Shown here one piece after another: positions 35,360 through 46,519 of a stretch of 64,000 nt of DNA. Position 1 is the first letter of the stretch. The number at the start of each line of letters is the position of its first letter. Both the position numbers and the translations under genes were made by a program. This stretch comes from Naegleria gruberi (Eukaryota). The DNA lies in the NCBI GenBank assembly GCA_000004985.1, contig GG738876.1. One strand, written 5' to 3'. The notes under the pieces were generated by a model. That model was not told the DNA's origin and made no database searches. It saw only the letters and a program-made list of their open reading frames with translations.

Positions 35360-37519
35360 ATGCCTAAACAACCTTGTTCATCACAAAGGAATGGTAAAAC
35401 TAGCCTTGAAACGGATCAAATTCTCTTGGAATATTATTTAATTCATGGAAATTATTTGAATATCAATCAAAGTAATGCCGACTATCATTTTACTAACTCT
35501 CAATCGAAACAGAGATGGAGAAGAATGAAGGAATGTTTTACAAATAGAGTCATTCAATCCAATCCTTCTACCAATACAACACTGCACAAAATTTCTCTCC
35601 TTTATCCTAATCTGAAAAAGACCATTCTCTTTTCAATTACTTTAAATGATGAGGAGAAAATTATTGAATCAACTCGAAAAGAAATTGCTATCAATCCACC
35701 ACCCATTCAACAAACTCCATATAATAGAAAGGGTGTCTCTACCTTTGAAATTCATCCCGACTCTGAAACTATCAAACAATATTTCCAAAACTTGTTACAT
35801 AATCAAACTCATGTCAAGAAGGTTTCACTCAAAGAAATCAATGCAATTTGGGCTGAAATTGGTTTTGCTCATTACAAGAGTAAAAACACTACAAATAGTG
35901 AACCTGTCATTGCTGCTCAACTTTGTTCATTGAATGGAAAATCGTATGAGAGTGTCAAACAATCGTTCAAAGTTCATAGCAAACTCTATCACAAGAAGGA
36001 AAAGTGTTCTCAGTGTATGGGATTTGCTTGCTTTAATTATTCCATTCTTTGTAAAGGATGTACCTATTTGAAATTAATTGATCATGATCCAGTTATTTGG
36101 ATTCAAAAAACAGCTAATCCCAAAAAAATAGAATGGACCTTTACACTTTCCAACTGTAATAATTTGAATTATACTAGTCTTTTTAATTTGAAATACCCAG
36201 TTGATGATATTCAAAGTAACGACCTGTCAATTCAAAGTGATAAACAAGATGAAATGTCAATTCAAAGTGATGAAAACGGCTGTGACAATTATGAGGAAGA
36301 TGAAATGATGGATGAAACTAATGTAACTCAATCAAAAGAAAGTAATCAATCCATTCAAGAACGAATTCAAACATTTTACACTTCCTGTCATGATTATTGT
36401 AATATTTTTCAAGAAGAATTTAATGGTTTTCAAGAGTGGAAACCAAAATTTCAAAATTATGAACCACCCCATACTGCTCATCAATTAATGAATCAAGCTA
36501 TGGTCAGAAATCGAAACTTGTTGAAACTATTACCTCTTGAGGAGAATTACAATTTTATTTGGATTCAAAATGGTTCTGAAAAGAAACAATATTCTCAATG
36601 GATTGAATTGATTGAGAAGAATTTCAAATTGAAAACTCTTGATAATTTTAATGCAACAGATCCAATTATTTATGTCATGATATTTATTTTCAAAAAGGAT
36701 TATCAAATGGAACCAATGATTCAAATTGGTGAAAGTGAAAATTATCAAAAGAGAATGAATGGTTACAAATATGACAGTTCAGATCGATTGATCAATAGAG
36801 CCTTTAGTAAGGCCACATTAATTTTTAGTTGTCCTCTAGAGATTCAAGCTGATACACCCATACGTAAATTGAAAGAAACCTTTTATATTTGTCAATTGTT
36901 GGAACAAGCATTTCATCCTCTCAATAGCAATTTTAGTGATCCTGATAGTGTCAATCGCTTACATTCCATTTTTGATGGTAAAATTAATTTCTCAACATTG
37001 GATAGATTGAATTATTCAAGTTTTAACACTTCTCTCAAACTTTTACATCTTGATTCTGATGCTAATAATACCATTCATATTGAGAAGGGAAATTATGTGA
37101 TTGAAAGTAATAATCAAGTAGTATTGAGAAAACCATTTATATTCATGTTGGAAAGAGAGAAATTCAAACACTACTTTCCTCATGCTCCTCAAAAATTGTT
37201 GAATGCCTTTAACATTGCCTCAATCAAGTATCAAGGATTGAATAATTTATTGTATGACAATGATGAGTTGTACAAGGAGGAATACTTGCCAAAATGTTTT
37301 GGAATAATGAATAGAATTGTTCATCCCAAAGGTTTTGGCAAGTATTTGCGCTTTGATTTTCCAAGTGCATGTCTTGAATATGAAAATGGTTTTTATCCCA
37401 TTTCCTTCCTCTCTATTCGATGCAATTATGAACAAGTCATTAGAAAGGTCATTATGAAAAATACAATCATGAAGGATTGTATCTGCATTAACGATGTGGA
37501 AGATGATAATTTCATCTAA
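35360..37519 (+). CDS. Orphan 719-aa protein. N-terminal Myb/SANT-like stretch (ILLEYYLIHGNY...SKQRWRRMKECF), a Cys cluster (CSQCMGFACFNYSILCKGCTYLKL) and an internal 30-nt tandem repeat (SIQSD x2)
   Basis: ATG-initiated uninterrupted 2160-nt ORF. No RT, integrase or DDE motifs seen. The 3' end is immediately followed by cassette copy D. Confidence 0.55.
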   Translation: MPKQPCSSQRNGKTSLETDQILLEYYLIHGNYLNINQSNADYHFTNSQSKQRWRRMKECFTNRVIQSNPSTNTTLHKISLLYPNLKKTILFSITLNDEEKIIESTRKEIAINPPPIQQTPYNRKGVSTFEIHPDSETIKQYFQNLLHNQTHVKKVSLKEINAIWAEIGFAHYKSKNTTNSEPVIAAQLCSLNGKSYESVKQSFKVHSKLYHKKEKCSQCMGFACFNYSILCKGCTYLKLIDHDPVIWIQKTANPKKIEWTFTLSNCNNLNYTSLFNLKYPVDDIQSNDLSIQSDKQDEMSIQSDENGCDNYEEDEMMDETNVTQSKESNQSIQERIQTFYTSCHDYCNIFQEEFNGFQEWKPKFQNYEPPHTAHQLMNQAMVRNRNLLKLLPLEENYNFIWIQNGSEKKQYSQWIELIEKNFKLKTLDNFNATDPIIYVMIFIFKKDYQMEPMIQIGESENYQKRMNGYKYDSSDRLINRAFSKATLIFSCPLEIQADTPIRKLKETFYICQLLEQAFHPLNSNFSDPDSVNRLHSIFDGKINFSTLDRLNYSSFNTSLKLLHLDSDANNTIHIEKGNYVIESNNQVVLRKPFIFMLEREKFKHYFPHAPQKLLNAFNIASIKYQGLNNLLYDNDELYKEEYLPKCFGIMNRIVHPKGFGKYLRFDFPSACLEYENGFYPISFLSIRCNYEQVIRKVIMKNTIMKDCICINDVEDDNFI

Positions 37520-37525
37520 TATATG

Positions 37526-37628
37526 TGAGTCCCCTAATTAAAACACGAATAAAAAAGCAATTTCATAAATTTTACCATTTTTTATTTTTTTAATTTTTAT
37601 TTAATTCCATAAATGTCAATAAACTACA
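37526..37628 (+). repeat. Cassette copy D, directly after the orphan ORF stop: tgagtcccctaattaaaacacgaataaaaaagcaatttcataaatttta...taaatgtcaataaactacag
   Basis: Same gtcccctaatt...aatgtcaataaacta architecture as the RPS18 3'UTR. Followed by the second copy of the 24-bp direct repeat. Confidence 0.8.
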
Positions 37629-37631
37629 GAT

Positions 37632-37655
37632 AATTGGAATTTTATAACGTTGCAA
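37632..37655 (+). repeat. 24-bp direct repeat aattggaattttataacgttgcaa (copy 2)
   Basis: Exact match to 34765-34788. Confidence 0.8.
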
Positions 37656-38642
37656 TCAATATTGAAAAATCTCCTTCTCAACTTTCATTTTTTGTAAAAT
37701 AACACCTTTCAGAATGTATCATGGTGTGCAAGTCTTTATTTTCATCTAATATTTATGATATTATTTTTAATTCCATTTTTAACAGAGAGGATAAACCCAA
37801 TAATCCATACGATTTAAATAAAAAAACCATATTTAAAAATCAAATAATCATTTCGAATTGCTGCCGGCACAAATGGTGACAAAAATTGCTGGAAGCCACT
37901 GTATTCCCATCGAGATTGCTAACAAAATTTGTAGGAGCCATCTACTCAAGTCAATTTTCAATACCCTGTTTCAACAAACAGTCATTATTCTTTTCAGATT
38001 GGAGCAAGTCATTGATTTTTAAATATCTTGTTTTGCTATGAATTGTTGACTGTTATTGTGATTGCTGACTGTGAGGATTAATATGAACAATACGAATTGC
38101 TAAATTCTAATAATCCAATTAAGGGAAATGGGATAGATTGAATGGTAAGTTCCATTAACATGTCTCAATTCACCACGTATTGTCTCAATCATTTATTGTC
38201 TTATTACATTAACTAAAAAACTACTCCTCATCAGAGCTTGGCTTACAGAGAAATACTTTTTATCAATTAATTTTAATCCAGTAAGTGTTGAACTAATCTC
38301 TCCAGATATTAAATTCCATTTAACTATTTTATTGTGTTTCCATTTTTTGAAATTGTTTCTAGAGATGATTCCATTGGGAGAGAAAGTAAGGAGTGTTTGG
38401 ATTTGTGATTGTTAATGCCTTTTTCATTAAGGTTAAAAGTGTTGGTTCATTTTCTTAATTTTATTTAAAAAAATGAAACAATCCGAATGCATGTCTTTAT
38501 CAAGAAACGATGAACACTTTTTCCAAAGGAATTTGAAGCAATTCGTAAATTTTTGAGTGAAAATCAGTCAACATATTTATCTGGTTTTTATGAGCTGGAA
38601 ATTAGTATCGAAAAATCTCAGTATTTCTTTAAATGAAAAACA

Positions 38643-38860
38643 ATGAAAAAAAGTGATTATCGTAAGATAGCCAATTTGAAGTTAAGAGCTGGGTAAGAGC
38701 TGCCGATGAATTGAGAGAATGTGTCAATAATTTTCCAAGCTCCAATAACATTAATAATAGAGAGGATTTCTTCAAGTATCGATTAAATTGGTTAATGTCA
38801 ATTGGTAATGACAATTTATATTTTGATTGTAGTGTTGAACTTGGCGAAAATATTAAATAA
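38643..38860 (+). CDS. Tentative small spliced gene (about 55 aa: MKKSDYRKIANLKLRAG|SNNINNREDFFKYRLNWLMSIGNDNLYFDCSVELGENIK). Exons 38643-38692 and 38740-38860
   Basis: ATG, then GG|GTAAGA donor and CCAAG| acceptor (47-nt intron) keep the frame to a TAA at 38858-38860. It lies in an otherwise empty 1.5-kb interval. Purely structural inference with no homology. Confidence 0.2.
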
Positions 38861-39163
38861 AATTAATACTGATATTTATATACGCAATGGTTATTCAAGG
38901 ATATATAATGTTTGCAAATTCCAATGATATGGATGATGCATTTAATTGTGAAGAATTTCACAAAACAATAATATTAACGATACTGACATCAATATTTTTA
39001 AGGCAACAGTCTTTTCATTTTTTTAATTCGATCGAATTTATCGATCTTTGAAAAGATTTATTTCAATTCTATTGATTGCATTGACGTTAACAGAGATAAT
39101 CTGGCAAAGTTGATTAATTTTAATTATTTTATTTTCAATTTTAACAATTTTTCAAAACTTAAT

Positions 39164-41076
39164 TTACCATCCGTAAAGTCCCTTACCAACACGAACCTTT
39201 TCTAAATAATCTTCAAAATCCTTCTTCAAATAAATAGGCATAACACCACGCATAGCAGCATCTCTATCAACAGATCTAAGTTGATCAACACACTTGAAGA
39301 AAGCAGGAATGACGTTCAAAATATTTCTACTACCATAGAGTCTGACAGAACAGTATTTAAGACCCAAATAAGCACACAACTTTCTTAAAATTGGATTGGC
39401 AGTTGGTTGTTCCTTAGTACTAGGGTGAATTCTGACTTTACAAGCACCAAACTTGGCTTCGAGCATATGAGAACGTGGAATGCAAGCAGAAGGATCAATA
39501 CTTCTAATATTCTTATAAGCAGCCTTTCTTGCCTTTGATTGAGCAACTGCTGGACTGGCAGCTGTACCAAAACCAACACCACACAATCCACTGTAACTTC
39601 CTACCAAGTACAAACAATTGTATGATTCAACTCTACCACCAGTGGTCATTTTACAATTTCTTGAAAGCTTGAGAACCTTTTCTTCGAATGAAACATCTGT
39701 AATAGCATCCTTTTGACCGTGATAAATTTCTGGATCTTCAACATCATCAGCAAGTGGGTGAGTAATTGCTGGTTCACCTTCATATTCATAAAGTGATTCA
39801 TCCCAATCAGCATCAAGATCAACATCTCCAAAGTAACCCTTTTCAACACCAACACTAGCATTATAAATTGGATTAACACTAACATTAGTCTTGGATGACT
39901 TTCCCTCTATGATTGATTCTAAATTTTGGATTTGTTGTCCAAGTTGTGTTTCATCAAATTGATATAAATAGAAAGGAGCTGATGTTTCATCTCTTTCTTG
40001 TCTTAACAGCTTAGTGTTCAATGATTTAATCATATCGGATTGATCAACCTTTGAAACTTTGAATCTCTTTCCTTGCAATTTACCTAAATTTTCAACATCT
40101 TGAGAAACACGTTCAAATGACTTTGGAACTTGAATTCTTTCAGGATCAGCTTCATTCTTTTCTTCAATTAATTCATGGAATCTAGAGTAATCTTTTCTAA
40201 CTCTTAAAGCTTCTTGTAATTCATTAATTGGTATGTTTTCATCGACATCCTCAATATCTATAGTATCAATTTCATTTGACCCAACTTCTTCTTCATCTTC
40301 AATTTCTTCCATTTGTTCATTTTCATTATCCTCGTCTTGATCTCTTCTTGAGATGTTATCTTCATCAACCATTTCATCTAAGTCATCCAAATCGGCTTGA
40401 GTCTTTAATTTACTCAAATCATATAAACTTTTAACTTTGAATCTGTTATATTCAGTTTCGGCAGGTTGAGAAAAAGTACCAGGGAACATTCCAAAGTTAG
40501 TATATTTAGCCCAAATTCTTTCCTTTTGTACAGCTCTTGGTAATTGAAGGTTAACGTTGGCTTGTAAGAGACTCAAACTAATAAAGGCTTCCTTGATTTT
40601 TCTTACAAGTTTTGTTTCCTTCTTTTCGGTAGCGAGCCAATAAACAACTTTATGTCTCTTTTCCTTACGCAAATTCTTGAGGTAGAAGACAAGAGTTTCA
40701 AACATTTCTTCAGTGAATTTAGTACCTTGTTGTTTTGCTTCTATAATATTGATAAACTAGTTATAAAATTATTATTGTTGTTGTTTAACATTATTTTGAG
40801 AGCGATAATATTACATACGTCTTTATCATTATCTGTTGTTGGGAAATTTAATTCTTCGGCAGGAATTTCTCTATTTCTTTCTTTTTCTTCCATTTGTTTA
40901 AGTTCGCTATCACTAATTCTTTCAAAAGAATTTTTAATGATTTTACTTGATGAAAAGCATCGGCTTTGAATATATGAAGGAGAGTTGTGAATTGAAGAAA
41001 AACAAAGAGGTGATTGCTTGGTGGCCAACTTCTTAGTTGAAGAAGGGAGCTGGCGCAAAAGTTTAATGTTTCTCAT
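39164..41076 (-). CDS. MRPS5: Mitochondrial ribosomal protein S5 (uS5m) with a long acidic N-terminal extension. Exons 41076-40819 and 40756-39164, with a 62-nt intron
   Basis: C-terminal uS5 signature: GGRVESYNCLYLVGSYSGLCGVGFGTAASPAVAQSKARKAAYKN..GACKVRIHPS..LGLKYCSVRLYGSRNILNVIPAFFKCVDQL. Exon 1 looks like a mitochondrial presequence (MRNIKLLRQLPSSTKKLATKQSP..). Donor GAC|GTATGT and acceptor AACTAG|TTT. Confidence 0.75.
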
Positions 41077-41199
41077 TTTTTAGGGCAGTCAAAAAATTTA
41101 CAACAATAAAAAAACATCCTATTCAATTTAAAATAAAATTTAATTTTAAATTAAAAAATACAAACAACAATAACACAATTTTAAAGATTGGTAACCGAA

Positions 41200-41796
41200 A
41201 TGTATAACGGAATTGGTTTAACAACACCTCGTGGAAGTGGTACTAATGGATATGTTCAAACAAATTATAGTTCTGTCAAAAATAAGAAACCAAATAATAA
41301 TTATCAACAAAAGGAAAGGAAAGATTTATTAAAAATTAAATCTCCAAATGTTGATCTTTTAATTCATGAGGAAAAGAAGAAGGTTGAAATTGAATTGTAT
41401 AAATTAAAATCTGAGTTGACAAAACAAGGTAAATTAACTCCAGAAGAAATTGATCAACAAATTTCTGATAAAAGAAAGGAAAGAATGAAACTTATTGAAA
41501 ACAAATACAATAACATTAACAACAAGGGAGATTCAAAAACAGAGGAAAACAATGAAAGAAATGAAAAGTTCAAAAAAGCTCTTTCATTAGATAAAGAATT
41601 TGAAAAGAAGGGAATTAAATCAAATGAAGACGCAGAACTTGTAGCATTTGATTCCAAGTTAAATGAAATGCTAAAAAGAAAGGAAAAACCAGCATCTCTC
41701 GAAAAGAAACAAAGAAAAAAGAAGAGGAGACATGATCGTAATTCCTCATCAGATTCATCTTCAGAAAGTGCATCTTCATCAGATAGTGATGAGTAA
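41200..41796 (+). CDS. CWC21: CWC21/SRRM2-type splicing factor (cwf21 domain)
   Basis: N-terminus MYNGIGLTTPRGSGTNGYVQ is the cwf21 signature. True ATG at 41200 (the track start at 41188 is a TTG). K/E/R/S-rich tail. Confidence 0.75.
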   Translation: MYNGIGLTTPRGSGTNGYVQTNYSSVKNKKPNNNYQQKERKDLLKIKSPNVDLLIHEEKKKVEIELYKLKSELTKQGKLTPEEIDQQISDKRKERMKLIENKYNNINNKGDSKTEENNERNEKFKKALSLDKEFEKKGIKSNEDAELVAFDSKLNEMLKRKEKPASLEKKQRKKKRRHDRNSSSDSSSESASSSDSDE

Positions 41797-42034
41797 TAAG
41801 CTCATTTTTTTATTGTCTCTACTAATATCTGAAGTGTCGAGATTTGTATCCCCGCACTTTGCTTGGATGAAAAAAGATCCTCTCTCTTCTCAGCCAAACA
41901 CTGACAATTTGAAGTAAAAATCAGGTACCTTTTCAGAAACTTGAAAAGCAGTTTGAATAAAAATAAAGAGAAAAGGAGACGCAACCTTTGTGTTTTACTA
42001 GTTCGCTTTTTGCTCTACTTCACAACAATCAAAC

Positions 42035-44218
42035 ATGGAACAACGACAAGACTACGTTGCCGAAGAACAAGAAGAGGACATGTTTTTCAATGCTGGAAGA
42101 GTTGCCAACTATGCTGAACAATATGCACCTTCCCAAAGATTGAAAGATAATCTTCTTGGAAAGTCTTCCTCCAATAATCAGGACGATATTAATCTTCAAA
42201 AGCAATTGAATAAGCAACAACAACAACAACAACAACCAATACAGCAACCAATACAACAGCAACAACAACAACAATATCAACAACCACCAATTGCTGCCAT
42301 CACTACTCCAATAAGAACCATGAATAATAGCAATAATACAAATATTGTTAGTAATAATAGTAATACCGTACCAACCCCTTTGATGATGAGCAGCAATAGT
42401 AATTCAACCACTAGAAATGTACCATTATCAACACCAATGAATAGTTATAATAATAATAATAGCAGCATTCCTTCAACAGAATCTAGATTGCCTACACTTC
42501 CATCAATTCCTTCAACAATTTTAAATAGCTCATCTACTCTAAGTAATAGTGCCACATCTTCCTCCATAGAAAAAACTCTTCCAATCCTTTCTAGTCCTGG
42601 TGTAGTAGGTGTAGTGAGTTCAGATCAGAAAAGAAAGATTTCATTGCAGTATTTGGCAGAAATATCCAACTTTTCAAGAAAAGACGTTCAAGGTTTGTTA
42701 TTCTATACTTGAATTTATGATTGATTTACTTTTATAGATGCTATGGTCAGTAAGATTGATAGTGAGTCAGGAGAAATCTATGGTAACATACCAGAGATTA
42801 TTGTTGGTATGAAATACTCATCCAGAATGGACTTGTTGGATGCAAAGATTCACACAGACCTCCAGTCAGATATTTGTACAAATGGGAATTATATCAAACC
42901 AGTCCCTGCTCTCATAATTTATGATACACAAGAGAGACATGAGGATAGAGGAACTGTTGTACTTTACTCTATTCCATTCAATGGTGTTCACTCAGACCTT
43001 TATACAGCTCCATCTATTAAGGGTACACCTTGTGAGGCTCTCGCTCAAAATTCTATCTACAAGATTCCTGTTAGAGTTATTAGAGGTAGTTATGAATCAT
43101 CGGTTGATGATGGAAAGAAGTTTAGAAATGGACATTGTCCAACACAAGGATACAGATATGATGGTATTTACTTTGTTGGCGAATACTTTTATGAACCAGG
43201 TGCAACCTCCTTTGTATTCAAGTTGATCAGAATATATGGGCAACCTGAATTACCACATGCTCCCAACTTGGCTGAACCTCCTGTTAGAAACAATTCCTCT
43301 AATAACCAAATACCTCCTTCATTCTCAAATCCGCAACAACAAGGACCACCATCTAATATGCCAAACATGCCAAACGATAGAAAGATATTTGGAATACCTT
43401 CTTTCGTTACACAAAGAATACTATCAGGAAGTAACCAAGACTACCTAGCTCAGAGTACAAGAAACTCACACAACATGCCATTCATACCATCCCTTCCTCA
43501 AAACTACTCACATTCCAATAATTATAATAGCCAAGCAAATAATCCTCAAAACCCTCATTCACTTCCAGCCATGCCTTCAATGCCAAACATGAACTATAAT
43601 AGAAATAACTTCCCAAATAACAATAACATGAATAATAATAACTACAACGAACCACCTCCTCAAAACAATAGACCTATTATGAGAAATACTGGTCAGTCAA
43701 GCTCACAATCATTTGGTTCTCCATCATTCCCTAATAATGGTAATAATAACAATAGCAGTAGCAATAATAATAATGATGGACTTAATCTGACTCATACCTC
43801 TGTAAGACAAATGATTAATAACCTCAAATTCCAAAACAGTAACTTTGGTGGCCGTATTCAGTCATATTCGTATAATATTTCAGAGTTAGCTTCTAAGGTA
43901 GAAGATGTACAAAAATCAATGCCAGCCCTTGGTAGACAATTAACTTCGAGAAATAAGACTTTCACATGGAAGTTGGGACAAGAGAAAGAACAGGAAGAAT
44001 ATGACAGAACTAAATACTTTGTCTATGACGATGATGAGGATGTAAGTGAAGAGGAAGAATTAGAAATTGAAAGACCTTCAAGATCTAAAAAGAAAAAGAC
44101 ACATCATACAAGCAGTGGCAGTAGTGGTACAATGAGTAGTAGTGGGAATAATAGTGTGAGAACAACCCCCAATGATTCGAATTCGACAAACTCAAACAAT
44201 AAACAACAGCAACACTAA
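42035..44218 (+). CDS. SRA-YDG domain protein. Exons 42035-42692 and 42738-44218, with a 45-nt intron
   Basis: GNIPEIIVGMKYSSRMDLLDAKIH...VRVIRGSYES...GYRYDGIYFVGEYFYEPGATSFVFKLIR is the SRA (SET- and RING-associated) YDG fold. Poly-Q/N flanks. Donor CAA G|GTTTGT and acceptor TTTATAG|. Confidence 0.8.
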
Positions 44219-44241
44219 TTATTGTTGATATTAAAAGAAAA

Positions 44242-45917
44242 ATGCAAAACAATAAGAAGGAACAATCAGCCGAAAACTCTGACGATTTTCAACTCGTTTC
44301 CAAGAAAAAGACAAGTGGAAGACCACATAAAACCAATAAGAGATTAACAAACAACAAACACCATCACGATGTTAAACATCAAAAGAGTGAAAAATCATCA
44401 TCAGCAGCAACAATTGGAAAACAATCAATTACTTCCACTACCACTCCCACTGCACAACAACATTCGGAATCATCAACATTACCTGTTATTATTAAACAAA
44501 ATCAAGTATCATCCACTCCTGCTGCCACTCCAACAAATGTAGTTTCCTCCTATTCAGCAGCAGTAATTTTGAATAAGAACACAACAATTACACCATCTTC
44601 AAACTTTTATTCCATTCCTCATGATCATGACAATAATTTGAGAAATAATCATCAATCAAAGAATAAGAAGGATTCCACTTCTCTTAAAAACAAACCCAAT
44701 GAAAAGAGTAATAGAAAACAACAATCAAATAAGAAAATTGAAAAGAAACAACCCCAAATGGTTGTTCGTAAAGTTAAACCAATTCCTCAATTCTTTATTA
44801 TTAGAAAACCAATGAATCAAGGAGAATTTCACTATGAAAATTCATCTTTAAAACCAATAATTCCAAAGGAACCTCAAGATGAAATGGGAAGATCATTCTA
44901 TAATTCATTAAAGAGTTTTATTGAAGATAGGAATGCCCATGTTTATGACTTTCCAAATACTTTAAATTTAAATCAAAGAAAGAAAGTTCATAATTTAGCA
45001 GAGGAATTTAAATTGGATCACTTTTCAAGAGGATCAAATCCTTTCCGTTATATTTGTGTTTCTAAACGTGATATGAAAATTAAAGATGAATTCCAGGTAT
45101 GTTTTAAATAGGTTAAATAGATAGATGAAGGAATTTATTGCAGTATTTTGGATATATTGGATTGTTTGGACACTCAATTGATGAATTTGTTAGAAAATTC
45201 ACACTTAATCCTGAATTATCATCCAATCAACCACTTTTACAAAAGAGAATTAAACGTGATGGACCAATTCATCATATTACCATAATGACACGTCCAGAAA
45301 TTAATACAGCTATCAAAAATATGGATGCTAAGGAATTGGATCACTTATTTACCAATGATCAAAAGCAAAAGATGAAAAATGGAACAGAAGAGGAAAAAAT
45401 TGAAATTTTAATGAATATCATTTCAAGAGTTGTTGTAAATGACTATCAAACATTAGGATTGGGTAAAATTACTGAAAAATTATCTCATTTTGAAGGAAAG
45501 AAGACAGATGATGTGAACGAAGCTTACTTTGTAATTGTTGATTGGCCTAGTGCACAGAAATTGAGAGGAGTTTTGGGATTGGAACCTTATAGTTTCCACA
45601 TTACTGTTGCTTATAAATACGGAGATATTCATGGAGTGACTAAAGATATGTCAACTCAAATTTCATCACAATCATTTGAGATTACCAACGAATTTTTACA
45701 AAAGAAGGAAAATGATATGGAAAATCTCTTAAGGTTTATTGGAGTTGATACTAGATATGCTCGTTCACTGATAAATCTTGGTTGGTTCAATACTGAATCA
45801 ATTGCAAATATTGAAAAGATGGATTTGAGTGATGTTGGAATGACAGAAGAGGATCAAAATAAGATTTTATCATTTGTTCAAGATTTTGCAAATAATTACA
45901 AAAATTATAAAAAGTAA
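44242..45917 (+). CDS. R3H domain plus 2H-phosphoesterase fusion protein. Exons 44242-45096 and 45144-45917, with a 47-nt intron
   Basis: Exon 1 ends with an R3H-like segment (NQRKKVHNLAEEFKLDHFSRGSNPFRYICVSKRD). Exon 2 carries two H-x-T-x motifs (IHHITIMT and FHITVAYKYG), diagnostic of the 2H/LigT-like phosphoesterase fold. Donor CAG|GTATGT and acceptor TTGCAG|. Confidence 0.7.
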
Positions 45918-46007
45918 TCAAGATCATGATTAAGATTTCAAAAGTATTTATTGAACCAACACCAAGTTAAATAATAAATTATTTTAATGTTTTAAATTTT
46001 AAAAAAA

Positions 46008-46397
46008 ATGGACAAATACTTGAACAGTAAGTAGAAAAAGGTGTGATTGTTTTTTAAATTCCTACCACTATAATCATCGGATCTTTAAAGATACTGTTGC
46101 TGTTGTAACTTGTGATGGTAGATATATTATGGGAGTATTGGAAGGATATGATCAACATACAAATTTGATTATAAAAGATTGCACAGAAAATAAGTATGAT
46201 CCTGAACAAGGAGTTATTCAAGAAAGTTTAGGACTTCAAATTCTAAGAGGAAATAACATGTATGTAAAATAATTATTGAATTTACAATGTTAATATTTAA
46301 TAATAGTGTTTTTATTTCCGAAATTGATGACAAATTATTCGAGAATATGAAAATTAATAGGAAATTGGCAGTTCCACTCAAGAAATGTTCAAAATAA
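46008..46397 (+). CDS. LSM8: LSm8 (U6 snRNA-associated Sm-like). Exons 46008-46026, 46091-46259 and 46307-46397
   Basis: Spliced product MDKYLNNTVAVVTCDGRYIMGVLEGYDQHTNLIIKDCTENKYDPEQGVIQESLGLQILRGNNIVFISEIDDKLF aligns to LSm8. Introns are 64 and 47 nt. The 19-nt first exon ends at GTAAGT. Confidence 0.75.
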
Positions 46398-46519
46398 TTA
46401 CTTAATTGAAAATAGGACATATGATGACAACTAGAACAACAAACTCTTTTTCAATTGGTTTTGATGTATTTGGTGAAGAACTTAGAACAGAAAGAAGAAA
46501 GTTAATTTTCGTTTATGAT

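Noticed and set aside
34178-37655. LTR-retrotransposon interpretation of the cassette copies flanking the 719-aa ORF
   Set aside because: The flanking repeats are 3'UTR-derived and unequal. The ORF lacks gag, protease, RT (YxDD) or integrase motifs. I see no primer-binding site or polypurine tract.
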